In this document: positions 50,830 to 64,000 of the stretch, one piece after another
Layout of the letters: each line of letters starts with the position of its first letter
How positions within the stretch are numbered: position 1 is the stretch's first letter
From: Dicyema japonicum
Taxonomy: Eukaryota > Animalia > Dicyemida
DNA length: 64,000 nt
Direction of reading: 5' to 3'
Assembly: GCA_011109175.1 (NCBI GenBank)
Contig: RDEW01000003.1
Location: 1,751,546 to 1,815,545, forward strand
Notes under the pieces: generated by a model
Told to the model about the DNA's origin: nothing
What the model saw: only the letters and a program-made list of their open reading frames with translations
The model's database searches: none
Position numbers and translations under genes: made by a program

Positions 50830-53800
50830 CAGTATGACCTCTATTTGGGGCACCTATTTAAAAAAATGCCCCAAAAACAGAGGTTTCCCAAAAATGGAGG
50901 TTTGGCATTTTCTTTAGATTTATCCACAGTTTAACAATTTAAATTTGCTTTTTATTAAATTTATAGATAAATAATGTTTTTTTCATAGATTTTTCAGAAT
51001 TATATTAAAAACAAATTTATTTAACGATAACGATAGGAAAATAGTCTGTTAATTTCCCTCCGGTCGCGGATTTTTTCATTTGCATTCCTAATATTTTTCT
51101 GAAAATATAATAATCTTTCAAAGCTTTAGGAAACAAATTGAAAATGTTCTCTTCACGTGTATTCATCGCTGTTATTGTTTCCAAATAAAAATAGGTACAT
51201 TTTACTCCGTCGTATATATTCTCGTCATCATTTTCTACTTCATTTTCAGTATATCTTTAATTATGCTATCTAAACTCTCCAATTCACCAATGAGAGAGTT
51301 TGAAAACGACATCAATTTTCTTCCAACAATTAGTAATTGATTCAGAGTGTATTTGTTGTCTTCCCAACAATAATGATTATTTGTCTTACTTGCTTTAAAT
51401 TCAACATTGTACACTTATCATCCTCAAAAGATAGGGTAAAATCCATCAAATTATTTAAATAATTGGATTTGAAAGATTTAATAACTCCCATATCTAAGGG
51501 TTGAATTAATTATGTTGCATTTTTTGGCAGAAAAAAAGCTCAATGTTAGAAAAATAATTATTCTTATGACAACTTGCATTGTCAAGCAAAAGGACAATTT
51601 TTCAGTTGTGTTGAATCATTTTTTCATTGACAATGTTCAACCAAGTAATAAATATATCAGATGTCATCCAACAATTTTTAGAAAACGAATATAAAACTCC
51701 GTGCTCTTCAGGGTTAAAATTTTTCATACAACGTGGGGATTTATATTTTCCTATTAATAATGGCTTCAATTTTTTCGCCACAAGCACTGACCGACAAAAG
51801 AATAGTGACTTTTTCTTTACTCCTTTTAATTCCAAAACAATCTTCATCTGAAGTTACAAATGATTTTTATGTTATTCATTTAATGTACAATCCCGCTTCA
51901 TCGCAGTTGAAAATATTTTCAATGCCATAGTTATTAACATAGTCATAGTACTTATCAAAAAAAATTCCAGAGCAAAAAATATCACACGAATTTTTTTCAC
52001 CACTTATTGTCTTAAATGACAAATTGTGTCTTTTCTTAAAATTTTCAAGCCAACCATTCGAACCTCTGAATGAGGTATAGTTCAAATTCCTAGCTACTTT
52101 TATAGCAATGTTTTTAAGAATAGGTCCTGAAACGGTAATAAATTATTCCCTTGCTTTAAAAAAGCATTCATAAACAATTTTATCGAATTTCTGTGACAGA
52201 CTGTCTCTTCTCTGTGAAATTTGACTAAGACAATTTGATTGTACGGACCCATTATTTATAAAGTTCATATAATTTTGTTTAATTCTAGATACTGCTCCTA
52301 AACAATAGAATTATCAGATAACCTTTACTAATTTTATACTTTTTGACAAAATCTCGTTCGCTCATGAAACAATTTTCGTTGATTTCTTTGGCAATTTTAA
52401 GCTTTAACTCCAAAGTAAGCTTCCTCCCCATGACAACAAAAACGCAAAACTAGCACGCGAAGTTTAAGAAAATTTTATATAATTAAATTTAATATTAATT
52501 GCAAGACACGTGTGGTCTAAAAATCACTTGTGGTCTTGTTGTGAATAATTGTATCATCATGGAGCGTCGTTCATACAATGGATCAACACACATTACACCC
52601 GAGAGACTGGACACTACATGCTCTACATGCGGTTTTGCCAATGCACGCAAATATGGACTTTTCTGCTCGTCTTGCCGTGACTTTTTCCACCTTGGATGCA
52701 TAAAGATGTCTCAGCGGGCTGCGTGCTCGCTCTGCCTTTGGAACTGCAGTGTCTGCATGGGAACTGGTTGGAAAACCCAGAGGATCATTCCAAACGAGCA
52801 CGTTGAACCAAACGAGCCTCTAGACTTCAATAATATGGACAACCTCTTGCTCTTCTTGTCGGATCTAAGGAAAGCCAGGAAGATCCCAATCAGGATCCCA
52901 AGACCCGTCCGGATCCCCGCGGCTACATGTCTGGTCTGCAATTGACAATGCTCTCACTTCCGACGACCTGGAGGCCTGGCTAAAACTCCTCAGTTTTGCT
53001 CCGATGGCCCTTGGAATTCCATTTATCGACTCAAAGGGAGATTAACGGAATTCAGAGGAAAGCACGACACTTGGAAACTCCCTTTCCTCAAAAATGAAGA
53101 AGAACATCCAGGTTTTCTATGTGCATTCTCTCACCAAGACGGAAGTCAAGAAATCAAGACATTCTGATTCCAATCCTTCTGTTTATTTGAATGGCCCGGA
53201 AAAACTTAAAGAGAGAGTGAACCGCAAACTATTCGAAGGCGACGTCCGAGCGGCGTTGCGCGTCGTCGCCAGCGACGAAACTGTTATGGCTGCGACACCT
53301 GAGGTGCTAGAACTACTCAGACATAAACATCCATGTGCTCCGGAAGATTACCGCCCATTCGTGCTTCCGGGAAATTTGTCAAGGATGACCGTCACCGAAG
53401 GCGAAGTGCGACGCGGCATTTCGTCCTTTGCGGCGAGTAGCAGTGGAGGCATCGATGGCTTGCGGCCGGGTCACATCAAAGATCTTACGGCGGAGGCTAC
53501 TGCAGAAGCTGGCTGCAACCTTGTCAAATCAATTACAAAACTGGTTATGCGTATTTTGAACGGAGATATTCCTCCCACGCAAGGGAGCTCCTTTTCAGTG
53601 CACATTTATTGGCCTTCAAAAAACCTGAAGGTGGGGTCCGCCACATCGCAGTCGGCAACTATTTCAGAAGATTGACAGCGAAAATTGCATGCAGCATTGT
53701 CTCTCCGAGAATATCTGAAGAATTTTCCCTTTCCAACTGGGGGTTGGTGTAAGGAACGGATGCGAGGCGGCAGTGCATGCTGCGAGGTGTTTTTTGGACA

Positions 53801-55773
53801 GAATGACGAACAAAACCCACACATTGGGGTCAAGCTGGACATCTGCAATGCCTTCAATTCATTGAGGAGGGATCAAATTTTCGAAACTACAAGCAAACGA
53901 GCCCCGGAACTTATTCCACTTGTCTTCCTCGCTTACGGAACAAATTCTTCACTGGTTTTCGGGGACAAGATTATCTGTTCGGAGACCGGAGTTCAAAAAG
54001 GAGACCCACTTGGTCCACTACTCTTCGCTCTGGCCATCGATGAAATTGTCCGCTTTATAAACACACAACTTAACCTTTGGTATCTTGATGACGCCACAAT
54101 TGGAGGGCCGTGGAGAAAAATACACGACGTTCTGTCACATGCCGTGCCAGCACTACGAAACCTCGGACTTGAGATAAACATAAAGAAATCGGAGCTAATA
54201 AATATCACATACTCGGAGAGTGATTTCATCAACGTGGTCGAGTCTTTCAACTCGGTATTACCTGGAATTACTGTCGTACCCAGGGAGCGGACATACTTTC
54301 TTGGGTGCCCACTTGACGAAAAGGAACTGCGGAGCCATCTACAAACAAAAGAGGATGAACTCTCCAGAGTCACGGAGAAATCTTTCCTTACTCGATGGTC
54401 ATACAGCGTTTTTCTTTTGAAGAATAGCATCGGCTTGCCCAAACTCCTATATGCTCTCCGATGTTCTCCCTGCTTCAAACATCGTGACATCCTCCTGTCA
54501 CTGGATAGGACATTGAGAAAATCGCTGAATTACTTCTAAACATCCAGTTTGATGCGCCGAGTTGGAACCAATGCAAGCTTCCTACACGCCTCGGTGGAAC
54601 GGGTCTCAGGTCGGCGCTGGAGATCGCCTATCCAGCATATGTGTCATCGCTCTCAAGTGGAAGCCTTTTGGTCCAAGAAATCCTACGTATTACAACCGGA
54701 CTCTCTTGGGAAAAAGTCTTCGACGAAGCTCGTTGCGAATGGTGTGAAACTGGTTTGGATATGCCGAACGATCCTTCGAGGCAACGTGACTGGGATGATA
54801 TTTACTCCAAGAATATCTTCGACGTGCTAAAGTCTGAGGCCAACCAGCATCGTCTTGCATGCCTCGTGTCCGCCGCCAACCATGGGAGCGGAGCGTGGCT
54901 GGATGCACTCCCGTCTTCCTCCCTGGGGACCCTATTGGACGATGACTGTATTCGGATTGGAATCGCACAACGCCTGGGAGCTGATGTTTGCGTCGAACAC
55001 CAATGTCGCTGTGGAGGGATCGTCGATGCCAAAGGGCTGCACCGCTCTCGTGCAAAAGGAGTGCGGGCAGAGCACCCCGCCATGCTGCTATGAACAACAT
55101 TGTCTTGCGAGCTCTTGAAGCGGCAGGCTTCCCGGCAGTATTGGAACCTGTGGGATTGGACCGCGGAGATGGGAAAAGACCGGATGGGTTAACTGTCTTT
55201 CCGTTCACTGAGGGAAAATCGCTCGTATGGGACTGCACTGTTGTGGATTCTTTCTCGAACTCGATGATGCTCAGCTCGGCGCAGTCTGCTGGATCGGCAG
55301 CCGATCTGGCCGAAAAAATCAAGATTAAAAAATATGGCGAAATTGGAGACCGCTACCGTTTTGTACCGATAGCAATCGAGACGTCTGGTGCGGCTGGAAG
55401 TATTACAGCCTCTTTCCTAAAGGAAATCGGGGGAAAATTGGCCCACCGCAAGAAAGACGTGCGGGAAGCGGTCTGGCTGAGGCAAAGAATTGGTATCGCC
55501 GTTATTCGCGAAAACGCTTACTTTGTGATGTCAGCAGCCGCTCTCCCCCATAGTTAATAAATAATATTTTATTGTTAATAAATTTTTGTTGTAAAAAAAA
55601 AAAAAAAAATTGCAAGACTTTATATAAATTAAAAAAAATTAAGTGCCCCACTAAGAGGTTCTGGTAATTTCCAAATTTGGAAATTACTGTATAAAAATGA
55701 TCTGATTTTCAAACTGCCCCAAAGCCTGGGGGTGCCCCAATGAGGAGGTCCGCCCCAAATGGAGGTTGCACTG
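50830..55773 (-). mobile_element. pogo/Tigger DNA transposon (decayed), carrying a CRE insertion
   Basis: TA-flanked TIRs CAGTATGACCTCTATTTGGGGC and CAGTGCAACCTCCATTTGGGGC (reverse complement); transposase motifs SNGWLENFKKRH, FNCDEAGL, LIGKYKSPRC, WMTSDIF. Confidence 0.85.
52508..55607 (+). mobile_element. Full-length CRE-like RLE non-LTR retrotransposon (PHD, RT, CCHC, RLE)
   Basis: PHD C4HC3 pattern at 52610-52760; GVQKGDPLGP and YLDD; RHAAMN..KRPDG..WDCT..AIETSG; poly(A); TSD AATTGCAAGAC at 52497-52507 and 55608-55618; several frameshifts. Confidence 0.9.
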
Positions 55774-56159
55774 TATAACGAAACACCATATGTCTCCTCT
55801 TCGAATTATTGACCCCTTGATCCGACAAGAATTATTTTTTCAAATGGTGCAATATTTCCTCAATGGATCTTGCACGTCTCTCATCACTAGGCGGTAATTT
55901 AGACTTTAAATCAAGTCCATATGCCAGTTTATAGATATCTTTTCGATTTATTGTGAAGCTCTACAAGAGTACTTCTCATCATTTTCAAACCATTTTTGAA
56001 AGCCATAAATCAAGAATGGTTCGATAAAAGCTGTATACACATAAAGAAAAGTTTCCGGACTCCATTGAAAACGTAGAAGCGATTTAAACATCGCCGTAGC
56101 TTTTTTCCTCTTTTTCTTGATGTAATTAATGAAGTAACCCTTCGAGTTCACTTATCTCA

Positions 56160-57130
56160 AACTTTGGAGCTGCGAACTGAAGTCGATTGTCTTCTTAATC
56201 GACATCCAGAAGGTATTTGACTCTGTTCCGAAGAAGATCATCAAAAACAAAATTTATTCGTCGAATATTGAGGCAAATTTTAAGTTATGGTTAGGAATTT
56301 CTTGAGCGGTCGCCGGGGCCGAGTACGTCAGGGTAATCGATGTTCCGCATCGAGAATATTACAAAATGGCGTTCCTCAGGGTTCCCCATTATCTCCTCTC
56401 TTATTCAATCTCATGACGAATGACCTACCAATTCTACAAGATGACAGCGACATATCACTGTCCTACGCGGATGATATAGTTGTTGCATCGAAGGATGTGA
56501 GTATTATCGCGACAGCCTGATTAATCTGAGTTTGTGGCTTCATGGAAACCAAATATAGCAAGTCGGAAGAAGTCAATTTGACACTTTTCAGTCAAACAGG
56601 AGACTGGGGAAACTATTAATTGGCGTCAAGTTAGACCAAGAAACAATTCCGCAAAACAAAACCCAGAAGATCCTTAGAGTTACCTTCGACACCTTCTTAA
56701 CCTTTTCAACCCATGTTGAAAGAGTAGTAAAGGCTTGTATTAAGAAGATCAACTTCATGAAGTTTTTTTGGGATCTAAGAGACTCCAAAAACCTAATAGA
56801 TTGGATACCTTATACAAACAGTACATTGAACCTACAATTGTGTATGTATATGCTTCTCAAGGACAAACTTTGTCGCGACGAATCTAACCAAAATCCATAA
56901 TATTCAGTCAAAGGCGGCAAAATACTGAAGATGTCTTTTCGCAAGGAAATCATTCCCAGAAGCTTCGAAAATATGGTTAATGCAGCTGGAACAATTTTCT
57001 GGCAAAGATTCATCTGTTTCAACCCCGTCCTTATCGCAAATTTGGCAGAACGCAGTCTGAACACAAGGAATAGATGCGAAGACTTCTGGGGCTTCTCTCT
57101 CCCAACCTTGTTATGACAGCAACTAATCCA
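56160..57130 (+). mobile_element. Vingi-like RT fragment
   Basis: Encodes IDIQKVFDSV, GVPQGSPLSP and YADD. Confidence 0.75.
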
Positions 57131-57194
57131 GGCTCTGCTTCGGAGAAGGCTGAGACTTTAAAGTTGAAGAAAATATATATTCAGGCATGACAAA

Positions 57195-57420
57195 GTCAAT
57201 CATAGATTTCTGAACCACTCGCCGTGGAAACGTCAGGAATCGTAGGAAACATATCACTGGTTCTGCTAAACAGAATCGGATCGCTCATCGCAAAGAGAAA
57301 ATGATAGGAGAGAAAGGAGCTGGCATATTTAGCGAATTTCCTTGCAAATCATCAGGGGAAATGCGTTCTCAATTATGAAAGCAGTCAGAGTTGTTAACTT
57401 AGTTTCTGCGTTAAATAATG
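57195..57420 (+). mobile_element. CRE-like 3' fragment
   Basis: Encodes PLAVETSG..IGSLIA..LQIIRGNAFSIM. Confidence 0.6.
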
Positions 57421-57699
57421 TCTTAAGAGACCATGGTCACAGTCATAGAGAGACAACTCTGTCCATAATTAAAGTTGTTCAAGCAATAATTCGTGAAGTG
57501 GGGGAAAGAAGTCTTGGTACTAGCCACCTCCTATGAAAAGTGGGATCATATGACGCCATATTAAATGAAAAAGAATCAAAGGGATAGATAATAGAAAGAG
57601 AACCTTCGATCATGTAGCCTTTAGGAAGACCCGAACCTAGAACCATTTTTAAATGTAGCACCTACCTGAGAATTTTTTGACCTTTCCTCTTCATCGATA

Positions 57700-58990
57700 T
57701 ACCAATAGGATTATTATAAGCAACACATAGAATCATTATCAGCTATAATTCCATTCGTGCCACGTTTGTATGATCAGTTTCTCCCACCCTCTCCGCAGAC
57801 TGCTGAGGTCTTCGTCCTTTAGTGACCTGTTCACTTGTCTTAAATCTCCATTAAGGAACATCACGAGGAACACATCTCGCTCCATTCTTATAATTTGACC
57901 AAATAGTTTCTAGCGAATCTACATGATCAGAGTGCTTAGAGGTCAGGGGAACATCTTTTGTATATTGTTTCATTCCTTATAAGCATCCAAAAGAAGTTGA
58001 TTCCTATGAAAAGAATCCAACATTTGTCGTCGGTTTTATAGATTTCCCATGTTCCAGAGTTATACGTAAGGATCGGTTTCACAAAAGCCTTATACAATCT
58101 GAGTCGGAGTGATAATCAGACTGCCCCTTTACTTGTTAGTTATATCATTCAGAAATCTTGAGAGTTGGGCTTCAGAATATTCCTTTATTACAAAGTTAGA
58201 GGAGATTAAAGTCACTCTCCAGATTGTGCATTAAATTATATATTTTTGTCTGAATGATACAATTTAATAAACACATGTAAGATGCGTTTCTGTGGAGTCC
58301 GTGTTGAAAAGGTGCATCAGGAAGGTATAATTTGATTAGTTCAAAAATCAGCTTTTCCAAAATTTTTGATGTAACACATAGGAGAGAGGTGATCCCTTTG
58401 GTCACCCGGGTTTCAGAATTGGTCGTATGTTTGATAGCTTCCATATCGAAGGAGTACAATCTTCTCTGATTGAAAAGTTAAAGATTTTGGTGAGGGGCAT
58501 GATAGCATAGGGGCCTATGTTTTTTAGAACTATTGCAGGGATTCCGTCCGGACCACAGGAATAAGTCGACTTTAGACTCTTAACCATTTTCTGCACGCTC
58601 TCCACAGAGAGGAAAATCGGGGAGGTAGCTTTTTTTAAATTGAAGGTTAGGATGGATGGACCTTTGAATTTCTTGTGTGGGATGAAACTCGTGGAGGAAT
58701 AGTACTTCAAAAGTTAGTTTAGGAAGATCTTGTTTTCCATTTCTTCACGTGCGGGCGGTTGTCAGCGTTAATAAAGCTTATAAGTGTTTTCCACATTTTT
58801 ATAAGGGAATTCTGCTTGTTTTTTCCAAACTTTCTCTTGTTTCTTCTTTGCATTGTTCCTGATCTCTCTTTCTAATGTACGAATTCTCAATCTTGTTTCC
58901 CAGGATTGTTTTTTGAGGCTTTTTAGGTTATTTCTTTCTTTTATGAGTGGATCGGCTCTGGGAGAAGGCATCTTTCTTGAGGTCAGTGGC
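57700..58990 (-). mobile_element. Degenerate Vingi-like linker/RT fragments
   Basis: Encodes GPDGIPAIVLKNIG..WKLSNIRPILKPG. Confidence 0.7.
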
Positions 58991-58994
58991 CTTC

Positions 58995-61500
58995 TTTTAA
59001 TACGTCCGACGACCAGGAGACCTGGCTAAAAATCCTTTTTCGCCCTGATGGCACTTGGAATTCCATTTACTCAAAAAGAGATCAACGGAACACAGGAGAG
59101 AGTACTTGGGAACTCTCTTTCCTCAAAAATGAAGAACATAGGTTTTCTATGCATTCTCTCACCAAGACGGAAGTCTGAAACCAAAACACCCTGATGCCAA
59201 TCCTCCGGTTACTTTGAATGGCCCGGACAAACTTGGAGAGAGAGTAAATCTTAAACTATTGAAGGCGACGTCCGAGCGGTGTTGCCAGCGACGATACTGT
59301 TATGGCGCGACGCCTGAGGTGCTTGAATTACTCAGACGATAACATCCATGTCTCAGGCAGATTACCTACTACCCATTCGTGCTTCCGGGAAATTTGTCAA
59401 GGACGATTGTCACCGAAGGCGAAGTGCGCGCGGCATTTCGCTTTGCGGCGAGTACGGCAGGTCACATCAAAAATCTTACGGCGGGGGCTACTGCAAAAGC
59501 TGGCTGCAACCTTGTCAAATCAATTACAAAACTGGTTATGCGTAATTTGAACGGAAATATTCCTCTCCACGCAAGGAGCTTCTTTTTAGTGCACATCTAC
59601 TGGCCTTCAAAAAACCCGAAGGTGGGGTCCGCCCCATCGGTCGCCAACTATTTCAGAAGACTGACAGCGAAAATGCATGCTGTATAGTCCGTCTGAGAAT
59701 ATCTGAAGAATTTTTTCCCTCCAACTGGGGGTCCGTGTAAGAAACGGATGCGAAGCGGCAGTGCATGCTGCGAGGTGTTTTTTTGGACAGAAAGACGAAC
59801 AAAAACTACAAATTGGGGTCAAGCTGGACATCTGCAATGTCTTCAATTCACTGAGGAGGGATCATATTTTCGAAACTACAAGCAAACGAGCCCCTAAACT
59901 TATTCCACTTGTCTACTTCGCTTACGCAACAATTCTTCACTAATTTTCGGGGACAAGATTATCTGTTTGAAGACTGGAGTCCAACAAGGAGACTTGGTCC
60001 ACTTCTCTTCGCTCTGGCCTACGATGAAATTGTCCGCACTATCAACACACAATTAATCCTCTGGTATCTTGATGACGCCATGATTGGAGGGCCGTGGAGA
60101 AAAGTTCATGACGTTCTGTCACATGCCATGCCGGTACTACGAAACCTCGGAATTAAGATAAATATAAAGAAATCGGAGCTAATAAATATCACATACTCAG
60201 AGAGTGATTTTATCAACGTGGTCGAGTCTTTCAACTCCGTACTACCTGGAATTACCGTCGTACCCAGGGAGCGGACATAATTTCTTGGGTGCCCACTTGA
60301 CGAAAATGAATTGCGGAGCCATCTACTAACAAAAGAAGATGAACTCTCTAGAGTACGGAGAAACTTTTTTTACTCGATGCTCATACATCGAAAATCGTGA
60401 CATCCACCTGTCACTGGATAGGACATTGAGAAAATCAGCCGAATTGCTTCTAAACATCCACTTTGACGTGCCGAGTTGGAATCAATGCAAGCTTCCTACA
60501 CGCTTCGGAGGTACGGGTCTCAAGTCTTCGATGGAGATCGCCTTTCAAGAATATGTGTCATCGCTTTTAAGTGGAAGCCTTTTGGTCCAAAATATCCTAC
60601 TTTTTCCAAACGGATTTTCTTGGGAAAAAGTCTTTGACGAAACTCGTCGCGAATAGTGTGAAACTGGTTTGGATTTGCCGAACGATCCTTCGAGGCAACG
60701 TGACTGGGACGAGATCTACTCCAAGAATATCTTCGATGTGCTAAAGTCTGAGGCCAACCAGCATCGTCTTGCATGCCTCGTGTCCGCCGCCAACCATGAG
60801 AGTGGAGCGTGGCTAGATGCACTCCCGTTTTTCCCTGGGGACCCTTTTGGACAATGACTGTATTCGGATTAGGATCCCACAACGCATGGGAGTTGATGTT
60901 TGCGTCGAACACCAATGTCGTTGTGGAGTGATCGTCGATGCCAAAAAGCTGGATCTGCTTTCGTGCGAAAGGAGTGCGGGCAGAGCACCCCGCCATGCTG
61001 CTATGAACAACATTTTCTGCGTGATTTTAATGCTGCAGGCTTCCAGGCAGTACTGGAGCTCGTGGGATTGGACCGCGGAAACGGGAAAAGACCGGATGGG
61101 TTAACTATCTTTCCGTTCACTGAGGGAAAATCGCTCGTATGGGACTGTACTGTTGTGGATTCTTTCTCGAACTCGATGATACTCAGCGCAGTCTGCTGGA
61201 TCGGCAGCCGATCTGGCCGAAAAAACAAGATTAAAAAAATGGCGAAATTGGAGGCCGCTACCGTTTTGTACCTGTGGCAATCGAGACGTCTGGTGCGGCC
61301 GGAAGTATTACAGCCTCTTTCCTAAAGAAATCGGGGGAAATTGGCCCACCGTAAGAAAGACGTGCGGGAAGCGGTCTGGCTGAGGCAACGAATTGGGATC
61401 GCAGTTGTCCGTGGAAACGCTTAGTCGATAATGTCAGCAGCTCTCCCCCATAGTTAATAAATAATATTTTGTTGTTTTGAAAAATAAATAAATGTGATTA
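58995..61500 (+). mobile_element. 5'-truncated, decayed CRE-like copy
   Basis: Colinear with 52965-55570 and highly similar; YLDD and KRPDG motifs; A-rich tail. Confidence 0.88.
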
Positions 61501-61870
61501 AAAAAAATTATCATTTTATCTAATTATTTTTCATGATAAATGTAGATTATAAAATAATAGTCCAAAGTAGAACTTATGAAACAATACTTGTCCTTTACAT
61601 TTCCTGGTTCACAAAACGTGTTAAATAAGACGGAACCTCCCTTCAAATCCTCTAATTTTGAGCCAAATGGGAATTAAACACAGAATGTCGGCATATATGG
61701 GACTCAAAGATTATATAGCAATAATTAAATGTAATTTATTAAAAAATAACTCCCTATAGAGAAAGGAATATGCTATTAATTAAAGATACCACTAGTGACA
61801 CTAGGATCACTTAATTATACGATAACTTCTCTTAGTGGGTTAATGTTATAAAGTAAAACTGATATAAAAT

Positions 61871-64000
61871 TTATTTATTTCCAGCAAAGACAACGAATGG
61901 TATATTTTTAACGTTAGTTCTCCATTGGGAATTTATACTCATAAAGGTCACATTTTCTGTCTCCAAATTATCAACACAAACTAATCCTCACCAAACACAA
62001 AACCTGTAAAATGACTATTCGACCTCGCTTTACACACAATCCTCGTGACCCCAAATATTTTATACATATTCTTATGTCTACTTTCCTTTGGCTTGTTAAT
62101 TCGTACTAAAATCACAACTATTAACTACACATGGACTTTTTGTCAGCGACAACAAACTCCAAGGACAAAGAGTTATTGTCAACCAATTGGTTCCTCACCA
62201 CAAAGGAAATCACGTTTATTTTTATGGTATATTTCCCTCCGTCCTTCTTTAATAGCTTCTCTAGTCGCTCATTCATGTCGTTTTTGTTTTCATCAAAGCT
62301 TATATCCACGTGCAAGGAAATTTTAGGTATATATGAATCGCTGATACTGCAAATGAAACCCTCAGGCTACCTCGCCTTTAATTCCTCAGAATTTTTGGTC
62401 TGTTTGCCAACCTTTAGGCCGTCATGTCGGTCATCATCCACACTAAATACACACAAGTAAACCAGAGGATGACTGCGAATTGGTAAACTTGAGAGAAAGT
62501 TCCTTAAGTAAAAAAACTCTTAAATACAGCAACAAGTGGGATGAACTGATCATTCAATTGAGGGATCATCACTTCTGCGATGGGAATTCTGAGAACGTGG
62601 ATAACCTTAGATAGGTAATTCTTGACCTTGCTCACAACTAGGGGATATTAAAGAAAGATACATTCAGGAGTATTGAATGAAGACAAAATGCAGTCCAAGT
62701 ACATATCGTCATGGGAGGCAATTATCTTGGCAATAGGACTCTCAGCTAAAATAGTAAAATTAAAAGACCGATCGGTATGTAGTAAAACACAAAGAACGAC
62801 GTCCATATTGGGGCCTTAATGGATAGCTTGCTTATGTAGGAACGAACAAAGGTCGCCAAAAATGACTCAGAGACAAACAAGGCGATCCTCATTCGCCCAG
62901 GCTCGTCAACACTGCGGTCACATCTACAAGTAAAATACAATGGTTACATTTGTTGCAGTCTTAGTACTAATTCTGTAATAAACTGATCAATCTGAAGCTG
63001 TGTGAGTACAATTGGAAGCTCTAGCAACGGGAAATGCTCAGAAAAGAATTTATCCTAACAATTTTGACAGAAATAGACATTTAATAAGGAGTCTTCCTTT
63101 CCCTCTTCATAAATTGCGATGGAAGATGGGAGTTCTCTGTTATTGAAGAACATTGACGTGGACTAAGTAATAATAAACTATACATAGTCAGATTCTAGGA
63201 AAACTGAACGAGAGGTAAAATAGGGAATTGGAGGCTGGGAGATGGAACTGTCGCTTGACAAAAAGTCAGATTTAAGGCTGGAGGATGAAGAGTGAAAAAT
63301 ATGTGGTCTATTAATTATTCAGCAATGTAAACTGAAGTCGGGGACGATGAGAATCAGAAAGACTATGAAACGTAGAAAATCCATCCAATTCATTCATAAT
63401 CATTTGGAGTTTCTTGGAATCATGCTCACTTCCAGCCTGAAATAAGCGAAAAATGACTGTAATGTTTAGTAAATCGTGATCTTGTGACCATTTTGAGCAA
63501 CTTTGTCATTAATTTATGCTGTCTCTTAAAATAATTCCAAAAATTACAAAATTAGAAATCTTATCGTAGTTATCAAATTCTTCGTTCGTCAGTGCAGTAC
63601 AGAGGTGAGAACTAACCGAAAGACTCAATTTGGCAGGTCCTTCGCAGCATCCAGAAGAGTAGAGATCAATCCGGCGATCAAATCCTCGCTGATAGACCTC
63701 ATCCAACGAGATTAGACCAGATGCAATAGTTTTGAAGCCCAGCATCTTCCGATTCTTGTAGGTCTTTCGTCGCTGAATCATTATAATCATTTTATTAGCT
63801 TCAACATTCTTGATGAAATGTTGGTACTGCAAAATAACACTTTAAAACACCTGGATTCTCCATTCCTCGTTGATGGAGATGTTTTTGCTGTCTTCAAGGT
63901 TAATTTCCGCGGTCCTGACTGTTTGACGTGTTCCCTAGAATAAAAAGGAGGGATACAGTCAATTTCACGGCAATTATAACAGATTTGACTTGGAGAAGTT
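61871..64000 (-). CDS. PACS: Phosphofurin acidic cluster sorting protein homologue; 5' end outside window
   Basis: [11 protein letters not shown]..; [38 protein letters not shown] matches the PACS1 furin-binding region (QYPHFLK..QRRKRYKNRTILGYKTLA). [25 protein letters not shown] and [11 protein letters not shown] match the PACS C-terminal domain. Short introns. Confidence 0.85.

Noticed and set aside
54690-55322. Long antisense ORFs (also 53993-54490, 12748-13063, 13054-13416, 32229-32882)
   Set aside because: They are shadows of GC-richer TE coding strands with no independent motifs.

Overview
AT-rich eukaryotic genomic DNA, almost certainly animal, in the standard genetic code. Host genes are broken by very short GT-AG introns (mostly 22-30 nt). 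This suggests a reduced parasite lineage such as a dicyemid or myxozoan (inference). Host genes found: a receptor guanylyl cyclase (3703-7340 +), S-adenosylmethionine synthetase (11022-12373 -), a tetraspanin (15898-16701 +), a probable MARVEL-type 4-TM protein (~24316-24846 -), an unrecognised multi-exon gene (~35376-37312 -), alpha-actinin (43788-46956 +) and a PACS homologue (61871 to beyond 64000, -). Most of the rest is nested transposable elements. These include many Ingi/Vingi-like APE-RT LINEs, six CRE-like RLE retrotransposon copies (one full length with a TSD), RTE fragments, a Ginger-type integrase transposon, and pogo/Tigger, hAT and MULE-like remnants. The most striking unexplained signal is an RNA fold at the 5' end of at least five divergent Ingi/Vingi-like families. 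It is a covarying double pseudoknot with HDV-ribozyme topology but without the HDV catalytic-core consensus. In some families it is followed by a 2A StopGo peptide, and it is paired with a conserved C-terminal EH...GIT-stop motif and a 3' hairpin. No rRNA, tRNA or CRISPR features were recognised. Coordinates of degenerate TE remnants are approximate.
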